Shown piece after piece: positions 49,647-58,566 of a stretch of DNA of 64,000 bases (its first letter is position 1; the number at the start of each line of letters is the position of its first letter). The notes beneath the pieces are model-generated. The model searched no databases. It was given only the letters and a program-made list of their open reading frames with translations, and was not told where the DNA came from. The position numbers and the translations under genes were made by a program. The stretch lies in contig JBKQRV010000093.1 in assembly GCA_052143835.1 (NCBI GenBank), forward strand, positions 3,135-67,134, in the 5' to 3' direction. This stretch comes from Alphaproteobacteria bacterium (lineage in GTDB: Bacteria > Pseudomonadota > Alphaproteobacteria > JACZXZ01).

Positions 49647-51185
49647 TCAATGGTCCACCGCGCGCAGATGGCTGATGTAACGCAGCTCGCACACGAGATA
49701 GAGGGCGCCCACGGGTATGGGCGCCTCCCGCAGGCGCTCCTCGAGGCGGCCCTGTCGCCACGCGGTCCAAAGCTCCTCGAGGATCGCATGACTGACCGGC
49801 AGCTTTTCGTCGACCGCGACGGCGTTGCCCATCTCATGGGGAACGAGGCCATTTGTTTTCAAGGACAGGAGGTTCGTCGCCTCGGCCACACCTTGCTGTG
49901 CGACGGCCGTATTGTGGATCTGCATGGCGACGATCAGGGCGGTCGCGACGACAAAGGCGACGCGCAGCCCCGCGCGCTCCCGACGGATCGCTGCGAACCA
50001 GATGCCGAGCATGAGCGCAAACAGGACAGCGAAGACCGAGCCGTAATAAAAACCGTACGCCCATCCGCCGTGGCGGCCCTGGACCGCGGCGAAAAATATC
50101 AGGAATGCCGCCATCGTGATGCCGCACCGCGCCGTCAATCTGCGGCGGGCCGGGCTCAAACAGCCGCGGCAGAGCGCGAGTGCCGCCAGCCCAAGGACGA
50201 AAAGCGGCACGCATATGATGTATGTCGCGAGCTCCGACGACGGCGCGCCCAGATCGGCTCCGGCAAAAAGCTGAAATACGTTCTTGGTCTCGAGCGGAAC
50301 GATAGCGCTTCCGAAGAGGGCCAGAAAGTTGAGCGCGAGCGTGCGCAACGAAAACATGCCGAACGGCCCCGTGGTCCCCTTGCTGTTCAAGATGGCGCCC
50401 ATATAGTCGAAATGATAATGAAAATAATGCTCGGTGATCATCGGCGCGAAGACGATGGCGAAGAGGAAAAACGCGGCAAGGGGTAGCGCCAGAATGGCGA
50501 GGTTGACCGCGGCGGCACTCGTGCCCCGCGCTGTCCATGCAGGCGGCAGGAAACGGCCCGGGAACAGCAAAACCAGCAAGGGATAGGCGAAGAGAGGCAT
50601 CTCGTCGAGGAAGGGCCCGAAAAAGAGGAGCACCAGCAGGGCATATTTCCGCCATCTCGGTATGAAGAACAAAAAAGTCCCGGGAGCTGCCTGACGATCG
50701 AGTCCGGAGGCCAGGAAGAGGGCGACGATGTACACCACATTGGACAAGGCTTTTCCTGACGCCAAGCCGAAGGTGAATCCCGAGAGGAAGCCGACCGACG
50801 AGAGATAAACGGCCAGCGTAAGCCAGGCGGCTTGCTTGTCTCGCGTGACGTTCTGCATGAGTCTGTAAAGGCAATAAGGCCCCAAGATGAGTTGAAATAG
50901 CCATGACAGCGAAAGGGTTGGCGGTATGACGAAATAGTCGTAGAGAAAATATCGCAAGTGAAAATCAAGCAGCGCCACGAAATACATCAGAAATCTTGGC
51001 CTGTTGCCATCCGGATCTCCAAAGTTATAAAACATGTTCAAGAGATCTCCCCACCTCAGGGGAAGATGCCCCTGCATCAGGCCCAGGGCGTCGGCGATGT
51101 AAAATTGCGGGTCGACGGCGGCGTTTTCGTAGCCGGATAAATAAAACAGGGCAAAAATCGCGGCCACGATGGAGGCAGCGATCAT
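49647..51185 (-). CDS. Family-A polytopic membrane protein, paralog
   Basis: NRPRFLMYFVALLDFHLRYFLYDYFVIPPTLSLSWLFQLILGPYCLYR. First ATG at 51185; track TTG at 51227. Confidence 0.5.
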   Translation of the reverse strand: MIAASIVAAIFALFYLSGYENAAVDPQFYIADALGLMQGHLPLRWGDLLNMFYNFGDPDGNRPRFLMYFVALLDFHLRYFLYDYFVIPPTLSLSWLFQLILGPYCLYRLMQNVTRDKQAAWLTLAVYLSSVGFLSGFTFGLASGKALSNVVYIVALFLASGLDRQAAPGTFLFFIPRWRKYALLVLLFFGPFLDEMPLFAYPLLVLLFPGRFLPPAWTARGTSAAAVNLAILALPLAAFFLFAIVFAPMITEHYFHYHFDYMGAILNSKGTTGPFGMFSLRTLALNFLALFGSAIVPLETKNVFQLFAGADLGAPSSELATYIICVPLFVLGLAALALCRGCLSPARRRLTARCGITMAAFLIFFAAVQGRHGGWAYGFYYGSVFAVLFALMLGIWFAAIRRERAGLRVAFVVATALIVAMQIHNTAVAQQGVAEATNLLSLKTNGLVPHEMGNAVAVDEKLPVSHAILEELWTAWRQGRLEERLREAPIPVGALYLVCELRYISHLRAVDH

Positions 51186-51644
51186 CGCCCCTATGAATCC
51201 GTCCTGATGGTCTCGTATGCCCTGCAATATCGAATCCCACCTGGCATCCGCGCAATATGCCGACGCTTGGCCGAATCTACGCGCCCTTGGCCGCAGGCGC
51301 CAGGGTCGCGATGTCCAAGGTCACGAGGAGATAGTTTCTGGACGAAGCTGCCGCGTTCTCGCCTTCTTCACCCCAGCGACCGGTGCGCTCGAGCTACTCC
51401 CCGTACGGGCGCGAAAGGGCCAAGTCGGCCATTAGAGAATGGTGCGCGCCGCGCCCGGCGCCGGAAGCCTTGCGGAAGGCGCCTTTAGGCTTCCGCGTAT
51501 CCCAGCCGAATGTTATCTTTCTTGGTCATTTGGGGACTGTCGGCAGAATGGCTTCGCCGTTCGTCGCAAGACGGCGACTGGCGGACCAGCGGCGGGTGAC
51601 GTCGGGCGCCGAGGTGCGGCGATTCGCGTGAGGGGACGAGCGCA

Positions 51645-52970
51645 ATGGTCGTTTCGAGGGCTGGAGACATGCGCGAAATCCGGGTTCCCTACGACGACGA
51701 AATCGTGTTGCGCGTGCCTGCGGGCGAAGCCGCTTCCGAGCCGCTCCTTTCGATCGTGATCCCCGCGATGGACGAAGCGGCCGTGATCGGAGAATTTCTC
51801 GGCTGGTGCCGCGAGGGAATCGCGAAGGCGGGAATCGCCGCCGAGATCATCATTGTCGACAGCTCCAGTGACCGCACGGGGGAGATCGCCCTTGCCGAAG
51901 GCGCGCGCGTGCTCACGACGCCGAAACGCGGGCTCGGACGCGCCTATATCGATGCCATTCCCTTCATACGCGGCCGGTATGTGCTGATGGGCGACGCCGA
52001 CTGTACCTATGATTTCCGGGAGCTGAACGGGTTTGTCGAAAAGTTGGAGCAAGGCTACGAGTTCGTCATGGGATCGCGCTTTGCGGGCGCCATCGAGCCC
52101 GGGGCGATGCCGGCGCTGCATCGTTACTTCGGCACACCGCTCACGGGTGCCATTCTGAATCTGATATATGGCACGCGGTTCTCCGATATCCATTGCGGGA
52201 TGCGCGGTGTGACCCTAGCAGCGTTGCGCGCGATGATGCTGCAGTCCCAGGGATGGGAATATGCGTCGGAAATGCTGATCAAGGCGACGCGACTGGGCCT
52301 GCGGACCGGCGAGACGCCGGTAAAGTTCCTGCGCGACCGCGCGGGCCGCGTAAGTCATCACAGGCGTGCGGGATGGCTCTCTCCCTGGGCGGCCGGATGG
52401 AACAATCTAAAGGCGATGCTGGTCAGCGGGGCCGACTTCTTTCTGATCAAGCCCGGCCTGGTGCTGCTGGCGATGGGCCTTGCGCTGATGCTGGCGCTGG
52501 TCGGTGGACCGATCACGGTCGGAAGGGTCACGCTCTCTCTGAACGTAATGATGCTGGCGCTGACGATGGCGGTGGTGGGCCTGCAGGCCTGCCTGCTGGG
52601 CGGGGTGGCGCGCTCGCTGTACGACCTGCTCGGGCGGCAACGAACGCGCTGGCTCCAAGCGTTCTCCTATACGCGAACGACTCTGTTGTCGCTCCTGATG
52701 TTCGTCGCGGGACTGTGGCTGACTGGCAATTTCGTCGTGGAATTCGTCAACGCCGGCTATGCGATGCTGCCGCAGGAAACGGCGGCCAATCATCGAGCGG
52801 TATTCGGATTGTTCATGATCATCGCGGCGTTTCAGATCTTCATGGCGATGCTCCTGATGCATGGCGTGGCGGGTTTCGCCCCGCTTTACGACGCCAATAG
52901 CGTCGCCACCAGGGAGGCAGGCGTGGCGTCAAGAGGGGAGAAATTCAATCGGGCGAAGGTGGCGGAGTGA
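51645..52970 (+). CDS. GT2 polyprenyl-phosphate sugar synthase-like glycosyltransferase with C-terminal multi-TM domain
   Basis: LSIVIPAMDEAAVI, IIVDSSSDRTG, LMGDADCTYD; about 4 TM in the last 170 aa. Confidence 0.75.
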   Translation: MVVSRAGDMREIRVPYDDEIVLRVPAGEAASEPLLSIVIPAMDEAAVIGEFLGWCREGIAKAGIAAEIIIVDSSSDRTGEIALAEGARVLTTPKRGLGRAYIDAIPFIRGRYVLMGDADCTYDFRELNGFVEKLEQGYEFVMGSRFAGAIEPGAMPALHRYFGTPLTGAILNLIYGTRFSDIHCGMRGVTLAALRAMMLQSQGWEYASEMLIKATRLGLRTGETPVKFLRDRAGRVSHHRRAGWLSPWAAGWNNLKAMLVSGADFFLIKPGLVLLAMGLALMLALVGGPITVGRVTLSLNVMMLALTMAVVGLQACLLGGVARSLYDLLGRQRTRWLQAFSYTRTTLLSLLMFVAGLWLTGNFVVEFVNAGYAMLPQETAANHRAVFGLFMIIAAFQIFMAMLLMHGVAGFAPLYDANSVATREAGVASRGEKFNRAKVAE

Positions 52971-53042
52971 AAAGGCTAGTAGGCCACGCCGGGCCCCACG
53001 TGCCGGCTGTTCGATGTGCGGGGCGCGGCAGGGCTAGGCGCT

Positions 53043-53723
53043 TCAACCTTGCGGGAGCCGTAATTCCATCCCTATAAGGAGATTGACGTGGATTGAGGGG
53101 ACGCGCGTCGGAAAATACACGGTCCGCACCGAGCCAAATCTCTTTCGGACTTCCGAGAGTATTTCCGCTGACGTGTTGACATGGTCATAGGCCATCATCC
53201 AGTCAAAATTCTTCCCGAATTTGCGCTCGAAAATCCTGCGACTGGTGAGGTTCCTGCCGAGGGTATACGCAATCCCTCCCTCGCAAGGGATGACGACGCT
53301 GAAAACACCGCTAGGCTTCATCACGCGTGCAACCTCCGCAAGGGCGTGAGGGAGATTGGCAAGGTGTTCCAATACGTGTATCGCCAGGATGCGGTCGAAG
53401 GTCGAGTCCTTGAATGGAAGGCCTACGTCGATATCGGCCGCCGCAACCCTGACCGGCTCACGGATCAGCGACGTGTCGCGGTCGACGCCGAAGTAATTCT
53501 CGGATCGTTCGATCCGCGCATGGCTGCCTTCTCCGATGCCGATCTCAAGCGTTGTCGCGCGCGGGGATGCGGTGCGAAGTGGAAATCCGTGGTTGAACGC
53601 GCGCACCGGACCGAAACTATTGTTCATAATCGGTAGCCAGTATTCGTTCCATAGGTGCAATAGGTTGAGCTGGTCGGCGGACAAGGTCGGCCTTTTTTTG
53701 GGCCACTTGTACGTGCCCTTCAT
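53043..53723 (-). CDS. Class I SAM-dependent methyltransferase
   Basis: TLEIGIGEGS; DVGLPFKDSTFDRILAIHVLEHL; MKPSGVFSV. Start taken at MKGTYKW; the track ORF extends to 54338. Confidence 0.65.
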   Translation of the reverse strand: MKGTYKWPKKRPTLSADQLNLLHLWNEYWLPIMNNSFGPVRAFNHGFPLRTASPRATTLEIGIGEGSHARIERSENYFGVDRDTSLIREPVRVAAADIDVGLPFKDSTFDRILAIHVLEHLANLPHALAEVARVMKPSGVFSVVIPCEGGIAYTLGRNLTSRRIFERKFGKNFDWMMAYDHVNTSAEILSEVRKRFGSVRTVYFPTRVPSIHVNLLIGMELRLPQG

Positions 53724-53756
53724 TGAAGACCCTGGAACTTTTTTTGAGAACAACAT

Positions 53757-53918
53757 TCCAAAATGAACCTGATTGCGTCGGGAGTCAGTATGTTCCAACG
53801 CCGCACCGAAGCGAACGACGGCGAATGCAGAATCTCCAAAAGGAAGACCTTGTCCGTCAGCCCTGACGAAGCGAATTTCAGGATAACATCTCTCCAAAGC
53901 GATTGCGTCGTCAATCCC
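53757..53918 (-). pseudogene. Possible remnant of a second methyltransferase (motif II/III fragment only)
   Basis: In the same frame upstream of 53723: IRFVRADGQGLPFGDSAFAVVRFGAALEH, with no motif I and low-complexity sequence before it. Confidence 0.25.
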
Positions 53919-54509
53919 GCCGCGGCATCCGAGGCTTGTTCGGGTACCAGGCTTCGAGATGACCGGAGCTATCGCAAGCAAGATCGGTCTGAATATCCGC
54001 TCCGAGCCTCGGGCCGCAGCCGGTCCCGGTCGCACCGTTGGCGCGCGAGCTGGTGCGCAATTCCGGGGGCCTCGCCCTTCTCGTGGTCCGGCGGGCGCTG
54101 TGGTGGGCGCAAAGCCGCACGCTCGCGGTATCTCTGCTCGGTTTTGCTGCTGATGCTTGCCACCTGCTTGGTGTCGGCCAGCTAAAGCATGCGCTTCGAG
54201 CAGGTCATGCTTCCACTCATGCCGATGACGAGGGCGCTCGCCTTGGAGAGACTCGTTCTTGCCGTTCGGGGCCGTCTGAAGCGTCGGCATCCTGGACCGG
54301 CCGGGTCTACCGGAGGCGAGGTGCGGCACTCCGGCCAAGCCAGTGCTTCTTTGCGCGCGGGCCCCGTGGTAACGTGCGCGCGCGAGATGCCGCCGGAGTT
54401 GCGAGGCGGAAGCTGGCGAGGGCCGCGACGGTAGCGCTCCCGTGGTGTGGCCGATGGCGATGCCGGGCGGTGAGGACGTTCATTCGGGCCACCTTTGGAG
54501 AGGACGGGA

Positions 54510-55808
54510 GTGAAATCGCAGGAAAGACGAGGGGCCGACCGTGGCAGCGGAGCTCCCAAGCTCGACGTGGTCAACGGCTGGCGCGGCTACGCAATCCTGG
54601 CGGTTTTGATGATCCATTCGCTCGGGCGTCCTTTCCCGCCCGAGGCGTTCCATGTCCCGGCCGGGCATCTCAAGATCACCCTCGGTGCGATCCTCAACAG
54701 TGGCTGGATCGGAGTCGACGCCTTTTTCATGGCCTCCGGCTTCGTCCTCTATCTCCCCTACGCGAATCGGCGGCGCGAGATGCGGCGCGCCGCCGACTGC
54801 ATCGCGTTTTTCAAGCGCCGCGCGCTTCGCCTCCTGCCGCTGTGCTTCCTCGGCAGCTTCCTCCCCTTCATCATGATCGATTTCCCGCCGATTTCGGATC
54901 ACCGGTTCTGGATCTACCTGGTGAATTTTCCGCTTGCCACCTTCAGTTGGATCGCCGGATACAACGTGATGAACGCCAACGGCGCGCTGTGGTCAATCTC
55001 GATCGAAATCCTGCTCTCGGCCCTGTTCCCGCTCTTCGTCGTCGCCGTCCATCGCTGGGGTGCCTTCCGGCTCTTCGCGGCCCTGGCCGTCTTTTACGCG
55101 GCGAACAGAGAGATCACGCTGCTCACAGGTGGACGAACCGTTTTCTGGCCGCTCGTGGCGCACTCGAGCACGCTCCAGAATTTCCTGCTGCTGAGCGGCG
55201 GCGACGTCACTTGGCTGGCATTCGTCGAGTTCGCCGCGGGGATCTACTTCGCGCACCTCTACGTGAATCCCGACCTTCCCGTCATAAACCTGCTGAGAAA
55301 GTACTCGCTCGCGTGCTTCACGATCGGGCTCGTCGTGATTCTGGTATTCTGCCAACTCAATTGGCATTACGCCACGGCGAGAAATCTCGGTTGGCCCACA
55401 AGCGCGCTCGACGTACCGTTGCCCTTCATCTTGGAGGCCGGATTGTATCTGATGTTCGCCGCGCTGCTCTTTGGCTCGAACCGGGCCCTTCATTGGCTCT
55501 TTGCCAACTGGGCCATCCAGCTCATAGGAGCGATGTGCTACAGCATCTATATCTGGCACTCGCCGCTGTTCCTGAAATTTACCTTGGGCGTCAACCCGCA
55601 GCCATGGCAGCACGCCTTTGCGATATACATACCGGCCCTCGCGCTGATTTTGGCGTTCTCCGCGTTTTCCTATCGCTTCATCGAGTTCCCCAACAAGAGC
55701 CTTTCCGAGCTGTTCTTGTTGGGCAGCAGGCCGGCGAGCCGCCGCACCCCAAGCGTCCTTCCGCGAGAGCCCGCGGCACCCGAATCCCTCAGAACCGATT
55801 CCGACTGA
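54510..55808 (+). CDS. Acyltransferase family 3 integral membrane O-acyltransferase
   Basis: LDVVNGWRGYAILAVLMIHS; GVDAFFMASGFVL; LWSISIEILLSALFP; about 10 TM. GTG at 54510 with GGAG 9 nt upstream; the track TTG is at 54495. Confidence 0.7.
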   Translation: MKSQERRGADRGSGAPKLDVVNGWRGYAILAVLMIHSLGRPFPPEAFHVPAGHLKITLGAILNSGWIGVDAFFMASGFVLYLPYANRRREMRRAADCIAFFKRRALRLLPLCFLGSFLPFIMIDFPPISDHRFWIYLVNFPLATFSWIAGYNVMNANGALWSISIEILLSALFPLFVVAVHRWGAFRLFAALAVFYAANREITLLTGGRTVFWPLVAHSSTLQNFLLLSGGDVTWLAFVEFAAGIYFAHLYVNPDLPVINLLRKYSLACFTIGLVVILVFCQLNWHYATARNLGWPTSALDVPLPFILEAGLYLMFAALLFGSNRALHWLFANWAIQLIGAMCYSIYIWHSPLFLKFTLGVNPQPWQHAFAIYIPALALILAFSAFSYRFIEFPNKSLSELFLLGSRPASRRTPSVLPREPAAPESLRTDSD

Positions 55809-55875
55809 CGCGATGGCCGCTCGGCGCGCCGAGCGCCGACCGCGCTGGCGACGAACTCGCTTCCGCGCGTCGGCG

Positions 55876-56352
55876 TCAGATGTCGTTCCCGTGCTTGAAG
55901 AGGCGACGCAGGCGCTCGTAGACGGCCACGATTCGCCCCCCCGCCGCGGTCAGCGCCAGGCCCTCCGGGCCGGCGCTGAGAAAGCCGGCCTGGATCAAGC
56001 GGCTTATCCGCGCCTCGGTCATGTTGCGTCCGCTGTAGAGCCGTGCCACCTCATCGGGACCGAGCGGCTGCCGCGACAGCCTCGACAACAGGTTGGCCGA
56101 CACGCTGCTGAGCGTGAACGTGAACAGAAATATGTAGAGATTGCAGAGGAACGCATAGGCGAGCACGCCGGTGATCAGCTCTGCCGACAAAGGGCCGTAG
56201 CGAGCGATCAGCCATAAGATCAATAGCAATCCGACGGTGCTGCCGACCGCGAGAAAGCGGAGCACGCTGTTAGCGATGAGCCCCAACCGTCCGGCCAAGG
56301 CGTGCAGGCCGAGCGAGACCAGGAAGAAAAGGAACCCCGAGATCAACGACAT
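55876..56352 (-). CDS. Small membrane-anchored protein with C-terminal winged-helix-like domain, paralog 1
   Basis: About 3 TM, then MTEARISRLIQAGFLSAGPEGLALTAAGGRIVAVYERLRRLF. Start taken at MSLISGF. Confidence 0.45.
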   Translation of the reverse strand: MSLISGFLFFLVSLGLHALAGRLGLIANSVLRFLAVGSTVGLLLILWLIARYGPLSAELITGVLAYAFLCNLYIFLFTFTLSSVSANLLSRLSRQPLGPDEVARLYSGRNMTEARISRLIQAGFLSAGPEGLALTAAGGRIVAVYERLRRLFKHGNDI

Positions 56353-56477
56353 ACGGAGTGAGGGCGGCCGTGCCTGGAATGGCGTGGGGCGGAGACGGCC
56401 ACGTGGTTCTCCCTGAGGTGCCCGACCGAGTCTCGTCCCGCTGGCGGGCCGCATTGGCGAGACTGCCGCGGCGCTGT

Positions 56478-56984
56478 CTAGCCCGTATCCGCGTAATTGG
56501 CAAGCCAACGAAGCATGCGGATCGCACCCCCGACAAGCTCGCCTCTGCCGGTCAGGCGGTAGCGCCCATCATCGAGGCAAAGAAGACCCAAGGCGCTCAG
56601 CGACCGCAGCCGTTCCGTCTTCTTGGCCTCGCCGGTTCGGGCGAATTCGTCCACGAGCGTGTCAGGGGTCGCGCTGCCGCGGCGCCTGACTTCGGCAAGG
56701 ATGGCAATCGAGTAGCTGATCTGCGACAGGGACCAAAGCTCCAGGAACGTGATGCTGTAAAGGCCGTGCAGCATGACGAGGCCCAGACCCGCGACGAGCA
56801 GCCGGTAACTCCCGGCGAGCACGCCGGGCAGCAGGACGGCCGCCGAATAGAGGCAGCTCGATATCGCATGATAGGCGAAGATAGTTGCTTCCCGTCTGAA
56901 GCCGGCAAGGTGCCGCAACAAGGCGAGATACAGCGCCAGATGAAGCACGAGATAAGCGACCGCGACGAGATAAAGCTCAACCAT
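56478..56984 (-). CDS. Small membrane-anchored protein with C-terminal winged-helix-like domain, paralog 2
   Basis: MVELYLVAVAYLVL.. (3 TM), then a soluble C-terminus ..RLRSLSALGLLCLDDGRYRLTGRGELV. The SD AGGAGAG lies 7 nt upstream of the ATG at 56984. Confidence 0.45.
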   Translation of the reverse strand: MVELYLVAVAYLVLHLALYLALLRHLAGFRREATIFAYHAISSCLYSAAVLLPGVLAGSYRLLVAGLGLVMLHGLYSITFLELWSLSQISYSIAILAEVRRRGSATPDTLVDEFARTGEAKKTERLRSLSALGLLCLDDGRYRLTGRGELVGGAIRMLRWLANYADTG

Positions 56985-57555
56985 GGGAGGTATCTCTCCT
57001 TCGGCCGCCCGCGTGATCGGCTCGCCCGCGGCGCGTCGGCGCAGCGACAGATGGCGTCCTGGTCGACCGCTCTCCCGACGCGGCTCGGCCGACCCGATCG
57101 ACCTTCGCGACGCCGCGCGCATCCTCGGCCCGGCATAGAGTTACCCCATTCATTTGGACGCGGCAATCCCATCGATGGCCAGCAGGTCCTGTGACCGGCC
57201 CGCGCCTTGTTGAAAGACGCGCCCGAACCGTGCCGACTTAAGGCTTGTGCAGCTAGGGAAAGTAATCTATAGCACCTCGCCGTGCGATCGGGGCCGGTCA
57301 TTGCTCTTCAGGGTCATGAGTTTTGGCACCCTCCGGGCGTGCCACGTGCGGCATCTACGGCGATGGCGATGCCGGGCTTCCCAGGGCTTGCCGTGAAATG
57401 CTCGAGCGGACAATCTCCCCACCCCACGAACGCCCCGTGCTCGCAGCAATCCAATGGCCGCAGCGGGCCCTTTCGGGCCTGATCATCTGCGGCGGGCTTG
57501 AGGCCGCGCCTGGGCGAGCTACGAAGCGGGCAGCGCATCGAGCCCCGGAAGCCAC

Positions 57556-58566
57556 ATGAGTGATCTTGGAAGCCGCCGCGAGAGGGACGTTCGGCCGCCG
57601 GGCGGCCTAGCGACGGCCGGTCGTGGACGCACGCGGACGCCCACCCCCGCATCGGACACGCCAAGATGCAGCGTCTGCGGCTGCAGCGAGCGCGTGCCCG
57701 TGTTCCATGCCCGCGATTACGAGCACGGCGTGCCTGGCGAATGGCTGGTCGTTCGCTGTCCCCGATGCAATCTCATGTTCCTCTCGCCGATGCCGGCGGA
57801 CGAGGAGCTGGCTTCATTTTACCCTTCGAATTACTCGGCCTATCAAAGCGGTTCGCCGTTGGCCTGGTTGTTTCGTAGCGTCTATCGACTCGACGCGCGG
57901 CGCATTCGGCGGCTCATCGGCGAGCGCGGCCGCATTCTCGACGTCGGCTGCGGCAACGGCGATGCGCTTCTCCAGATCGGGCCGTACGGAAAGTGGGACC
58001 TCTGCGGCGTCGAGCTGAACGGTGCGGCGGTCGAGAAGGCCAGGAGTGCCGGTGTTTCGGTCCAGCAAGGTGACCTCGCCAGCTGCAATTTTCCGGATGC
58101 GAGCATGCGGCTCATCCGCATGGGGCACGTCATCGAGCACGTGCCCCGGCCGGCCGACACCTTGCGGCGTGCCTATGCGTTGCTGGAGCCGGGGGGCGTG
58201 CTCTATGGCGAGACGCCGAGCACGGATTGCCTCGATTTTCGTTTGTTCGGCAAATACTGGGGGGCTCTCCACGTCCCGCGCCACCTTTTTTTCTTCGACG
58301 GGCGCAATCTGAGGCGCGCGTTGGAGCAGGCCGGCTTCGTCGACGTGTCGATCGCGCCGCGGCTGAGGACGGTCGGTTGGTCGTGCGGCGTGCAAAATTA
58401 CCTGGCCGACCGCGCCGGCCTGCGCATACCGGAAGCGGGCCGCGTGCGCTGGTATCTACTTCTCATCATTTGTTTTCTTCCGCTCACGCTCCTGCAGTCG
58501 CTATCCGGCAAGACGGCGACCGTCGCGTTCACGGCGCGCAAACCCGGCGGCGTGGGCCGTCGATGA
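57556..58566 (+). CDS. Zinc-ribbon + class I SAM methyltransferase
   Basis: CSVCGCSE..CPRCNLMF; ILDVGCGNGD; IRMGHVIEHVPRP; LEPGGVLY. Confidence 0.7.
   Translation: MSDLGSRRERDVRPPGGLATAGRGRTRTPTPASDTPRCSVCGCSERVPVFHARDYEHGVPGEWLVVRCPRCNLMFLSPMPADEELASFYPSNYSAYQSGSPLAWLFRSVYRLDARRIRRLIGERGRILDVGCGNGDALLQIGPYGKWDLCGVELNGAAVEKARSAGVSVQQGDLASCNFPDASMRLIRMGHVIEHVPRPADTLRRAYALLEPGGVLYGETPSTDCLDFRLFGKYWGALHVPRHLFFFDGRNLRRALEQAGFVDVSIAPRLRTVGWSCGVQNYLADRAGLRIPEAGRVRWYLLLIICFLPLTLLQSLSGKTATVAFTARKPGGVGRR

Noticed and set aside
19537-51185. Calling family A proteins O-antigen polymerase (Wzy) or ligase (WaaL)
   Set aside because: Wzy and WaaL also have Arg-rich periplasmic loops, but I cannot support that assignment from sequence inspection alone. 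Size (500-790 aa) and six-fold redundancy argue against a single polymerase. They are left as unknown, candidate GT-C-like.
54038-55921. 627 aa + ORF overlapping acyltransferase-3 gene
   Set aside because: Off-frame, Arg-rich artefact. The 54510..55808 frame has the acyltransferase-3 motifs.
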